Of a DNA stretch of 64,000 bases, positions 60,970 to 64,000 are shown piece by piece. How positions within the stretch are numbered: position 1 is the first letter of the stretch; every line of letters begins with the position of its first letter. A program made the translations under genes and the position numbers. This DNA comes from an uncultured delta proteobacterium. Its GTDB lineage: Bacteria > Myxococcota_A > UBA9160 > SMWR01. The stretch lies in NCBI GenBank assembly GCA_963832165.1, contig CAWHTE010000001.1:320001-384000 (forward strand), in the 5' to 3' direction. Below the pieces are notes generated by a model. That model saw only the letters and a program-made list of their open reading frames with translations. It was not told the DNA's origin and searched no databases.

Positions 60970-62360
60970 GCGCGGACCAGGGACACTGGGACGGCGCAGG
61001 CGACGAGGGAGAGGGCGGCGGACTTCCGGAGTTCCTGCTCGATCCGATCGGGGTGTTCTGGCGGCGCTGGCTCCCGATGGCGCTCTGCCTCGCCGTGGGC
61101 CTGATCGTGACGATCGTCGCGGTGATCCTGTGGAAGCCGGTCTTCCTCGCGAAGTCGACGATCCTGATCACGAGCCAGCAGATCCCGAAGGACTTCGTGC
61201 GCTCGACCGTGGAAGAGGACAGCCTCTCGAACATCAGCGCGATGATCGGCGAGGTGTTGTCGGCCGAGAACCTCTCGAACGTGATCGACCGCCACAATCT
61301 CTTTCCGAAGATCGCCGGCGAAGCCGCCCGGATCGACCTCGTGAACCAGATGCGCTCCAGGATCTCCGCCGCCCCGCAGATCCGGCCCGGCGAACGCACC
61401 CAGTCGATCGTGTACGAGATCGGCTACGAGTCGGGGAACCCGCAGGAAGCGGCGATCGTGACGAACGCGCTCGCGGCGCTGTTCATCGAGGCCAGCGTCG
61501 AGCGCCGCAACACCCAGGCCCGTCGCACGACGGTGTTCCTGCGCAACGCGCTCGATCGCACCGAGAAGGAGCTCCGCGAGCAGTCGGGTCGGGTGACCGC
61601 GTTTCGCCAGGAGCACCGCGGCGAGCTGCCCGACGAGCAGGAGACGAGCCTGCGCCGGCTCGAGCTGCTGGCCGGTCAGCGCGAGTCGCTCGCCCAGCAG
61701 ATCACGGCGAAGGAAGACCGCCTGATCTCGATCTCTTCGCACGGCAGCGAGGCGTCGGAGAGCGAGGTGATGATCAGCGACCTGCGCCGGCAGCTGGCGC
61801 GCGAGACCGCAATCCACACCGATTCGCATCCCAACGTGATCGCGCTGCGCGAACGCCTCGCTCGCCTCGAGGAGGCGAACCGGAACGCACCGCTTTCGGA
61901 CAGCACGTCGCGCATGATCAAGGACGAGCGCCGCGAGGTGGCGCGCCTGCGCGAGCAGCGCGACCGCATCGAAGCCGAGCTCGCGGAGCTCAACAATCGT
62001 GTCGACCGGATCCCGCGGATCGCCGAGGAGCTTGCAGCACTTCAGCAGAAGGAGACCGTGCTGCGCGACGACTACACACTCGCGATGCGCAAGGTGGAGC
62101 AGGCGGAGCTCGCCGAGAACCTCGAATCGGCGCGCCAGGGCGGGCAGGTGTCGATCCTCGATCCGGCCGCGATTCCGACCTCGCCCAAGCTGGCTCGCTC
62201 GATGGTGCTGCTCATGGGTCTGGCCGCGAGCCTGGGACTCGCGGTCGGAGTGGCGGGGCTGCTCGAGCTGATCGATCCGGTCGTGATCGGCGCGCGCCAC
62301 GTCGCGAAGTTCAGCGATCGGCCGATCCTCGGCACGGTTCCGCTGGTCGTCTCGAACTAG
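60966..62360 (+). CDS. Polysaccharide chain-length determinant/co-polymerase (Wzz/GumC, XrtA-system type)
   Basis: Two TM segments flanking a coiled coil; QQIP..FV.STV, HPNVIALR and ILDPAAIP.SP. Confidence 0.9.
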   Translation: MSADQGHWDGAGDEGEGGGLPEFLLDPIGVFWRRWLPMALCLAVGLIVTIVAVILWKPVFLAKSTILITSQQIPKDFVRSTVEEDSLSNISAMIGEVLSAENLSNVIDRHNLFPKIAGEAARIDLVNQMRSRISAAPQIRPGERTQSIVYEIGYESGNPQEAAIVTNALAALFIEASVERRNTQARRTTVFLRNALDRTEKELREQSGRVTAFRQEHRGELPDEQETSLRRLELLAGQRESLAQQITAKEDRLISISSHGSEASESEVMISDLRRQLARETAIHTDSHPNVIALRERLARLEEANRNAPLSDSTSRMIKDERREVARLREQRDRIEAELAELNNRVDRIPRIAEELAALQQKETVLRDDYTLAMRKVEQAELAENLESARQGGQVSILDPAAIPTSPKLARSMVLLMGLAASLGLAVGVAGLLELIDPVVIGARHVAKFSDRPILGTVPLVVSN

Positions 62361-62376
62361 CGCGAGCTAGTTCGCG

Positions 62377-62395
62377 AGGCGGGCTTCGCCCGCCT
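62377..62395. terminator. Hairpin between convergent genes (terminator or REP-like)
   Basis: AGGCGGGC-TTC-GCCCGCCT, a perfect 8-bp stem. Confidence 0.5.
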
Positions 62396-62446
62396 GCGGT
62401 CTACTCGGGCAACTCTCGAGTCTGACGACTCTCGAGTCGCGCCCTC

Positions 62447-63490
62447 CTAGTTCGAGATATAGGGGCGCAGGCGCGCCCCGACCGCGGTGGCGGCGCTCAC
62501 GGGCAGGCGCGTCCAGACCTGCGCGAGCCGCTGCAAGAGCGATCCGGGGCCCGCCGACGATTCGGACAGCGGCACACCGTCGCGGTCGAGCCGAACCCAG
62601 GCCAGCTCTCGCTCGACCGCTCCCCAGCCCAGCTTGAAGCGATGCGTGCCGCTGTCGCGCGGCGAGCGCCCGAAGTCGAACCAGCGCGCGCCGCGCGCGA
62701 TCGCCCAGCGGATCGCCTCCCAGTAGATCAGGTTGTTGGGGCAGCGCGCGCGCTCGGCGCGCAACGTCGAGGCCCACGGCACGGTCACGGTTCCTGCGTA
62801 GTCGATCGCGACGAGCCCACCCACGGACCGGTCGCCCAGCATCGCGAGGTGGATGCTCAGGCGATCACCGAACACGCTGGCCGCGACGTCGTAGAAGCGC
62901 CGGGCGTGAGCGGGTGACCCGAGGTCGCGCATGTTGACGGCGAACGGCGCGAAGAAATCGGCCACGCGCTCGCGCGCCGATCCCGAAGGCCCGGGCGCGA
63001 GTCCCGACTGCGACGCCTTGCGCGTCTGGTTGCGCACCTTCGATCCGAGCGCCTTCCACTGCGCCTGCTCTTCCGAGTCGAGCTGCAGCACGAGGTCGAC
63101 GCGATGCTGCTCGGGCGCGAAGGGCACCTCGCGCAGCGGAACGAGCTGCCGCAGCTCGATCGCGTTTGCACCGAGCTCGCGCGCGAGCTCGCGAGCCCCG
63201 CCGAGCAGGACGCGCTCCGCAGCTGCGTCCACGGCCAGCACGCCGCCCGTGTCGAGGAAGGGCAGCGACACGAGCTCGCGGCGGCCGCGCAGGGTTCGGA
63301 AGCATACGAGCGGGAGCACCCCCGCGAGCGTGCCGCTCGCGTCGCGCACGGCGAGATAGTGCGGCGAGAGCCGGTAGGCCTCACGCAGGATGAGCGCCCA
63401 GGCGGCCGCGTGCCCGAGGGCTCCGCCCGGCGTCGCCGCGACGAACGCGTCCCATTCCGCGCCGGGTTCGTCGACCTGCTCGAGCTGCAT
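62447..63490 (-). CDS. FemAB-related GNAT protein of XrtA/PEP-CTERM EPS systems
   Basis: WDAFV, GVLPL, LVSLPF..GG, KVRNQTRKA, NMRDLGSP, PNNLIYW and FDFGRS...GT..FK..WG; GGAG RBS. Confidence 0.9.
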   Translation of the reverse strand: MQLEQVDEPGAEWDAFVAATPGGALGHAAAWALILREAYRLSPHYLAVRDASGTLAGVLPLVCFRTLRGRRELVSLPFLDTGGVLAVDAAAERVLLGGARELARELGANAIELRQLVPLREVPFAPEQHRVDLVLQLDSEEQAQWKALGSKVRNQTRKASQSGLAPGPSGSARERVADFFAPFAVNMRDLGSPAHARRFYDVAASVFGDRLSIHLAMLGDRSVGGLVAIDYAGTVTVPWASTLRAERARCPNNLIYWEAIRWAIARGARWFDFGRSPRDSGTHRFKLGWGAVERELAWVRLDRDGVPLSESSAGPGSLLQRLAQVWTRLPVSAATAVGARLRPYISN

Positions 63491-63506
63491 GTGGCTCCGC
63501 CGGAGG

Positions 63507-63533
63507 TTAGCCGGAGTGGGGTTCTGCCGATGC
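63507..63533 (+). promoter_or_regulatory. Sigma28-like promoter candidate upstream of the deacetylase
   Basis: TTAG-N15-GCCGATGC. Confidence 0.35.
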
Positions 63534-63591
63534 ATCCCGCAGAAGGACGGCGTAGCTTGGCGCGGGCCGGCAGAACGAGGGTGGAAGAGTC

Positions 63592-64000
63592 TTGCTGAAC
63601 GCCTTCTCGGTCGATCTGGAGGAATACTTCCAGGTCGCGAACTTCGACCGCGTCATCGAGCGCGCGCGCTGGCCCGAGTTTCCCCAGCGCGCCGAGGCGC
63701 AGACCCACCGACTACTCGATCTTTGCGATCGCACGCGAACGCGCGCGACCTTCTTCGTGCTGGGCTGGGTGGCCGAGCGGCAGCCGCAGCTCCTGCGCGA
63801 GATCGCGGCCCGCGGGCACGAGATCGCCTGTCACGGCTACGGCCACGAGCTTTTGTACGAGATCGGCCCCGAGCGATTCCGCGAGGACCTGAAGCGCGCG
63901 CGCGCGGTGATCGAGGATGCGGTGGGCGCGCAGGTCGAGGGCTATCGCGCCCCGAGCTTCTCGATCACCGACCGCTCGCTATGGGCCCTGGAGATCCTCG
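63592..64000 (+). CDS. XrtA-system polysaccharide deacetylase (DUF3473 type), truncated by the window end
   Basis: Manual translation: LLNAFSVDLEEYFQV...ATFFVLGWVAER...GHEIACHGYGH...GYRAPSFSI...WAL. Confidence 0.92.
   Translation, partial: MLNAFSVDLEEYFQVANFDRVIERARWPEFPQRAEAQTHRLLDLCDRTRTRATFFVLGWVAERQPQLLREIAARGHEIACHGYGHELLYEIGPERFREDLKRARAVIEDAVGAQVEGYRAPSFSITDRSLWALEIL

Overview
A very GC-rich, gene-dense bacterial chromosome segment with about 60 protein-coding genes. I see no rRNA, tRNA, CRISPR array or intact mobile element. Gene content suggests a Myxococcota/Deltaproteobacteria-like organism (inference). That content includes GTP-dependent PEPCK, XrtA/PEP-CTERM-type exopolysaccharide genes, many crotonases and acyl-CoA dehydrogenases, a FadA5-like thiolase, a P450 and a Rieske oxygenase. 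Main blocks in order: (1) a fabH-fabA-fabZ-like-fabF/B-like fatty-acid operon with a near-consensus sigma70 promoter overlapped by a palindromic operator; (2) a crotonase/CoA-transferase/DUF1624 unit; (3) a fused membrane/spermidine-synthase-like protein, aat, a methyltransferase and pckG; (4) a patatin-hsp20-hsp20-ptsI block; (5) steroid-type thiolase and SDR, PEP-mutase family, qor, uppP, DAACS transporter, ATL, GST and nth; (6) a patchwork accessory region at about 28-32.6 kb; (7) an LLM-EEP-CobW-helicase operon and a GH38; (8) a Cys-rich secreted protein + Tat gamma subunit + GMC flavoprotein + tocopherol-cyclase-like operon; (9) a Zn-ADH/double-hotdog/Rieske/double-SnoaL/P450 operon; (10) a zinc-ribbon + degenerate NucS-like protein and a His-motif membrane-TPR protein; (11) an ACAD pair, a lipoprotein metallophosphoesterase and gluQ; (12) the start of an EPS locus. 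Seven genes between 24.5 and 41.2 kb carry single-base frameshifts, most likely sequencing or assembly errors. All family calls come from motif recognition by eye; no searches were run.
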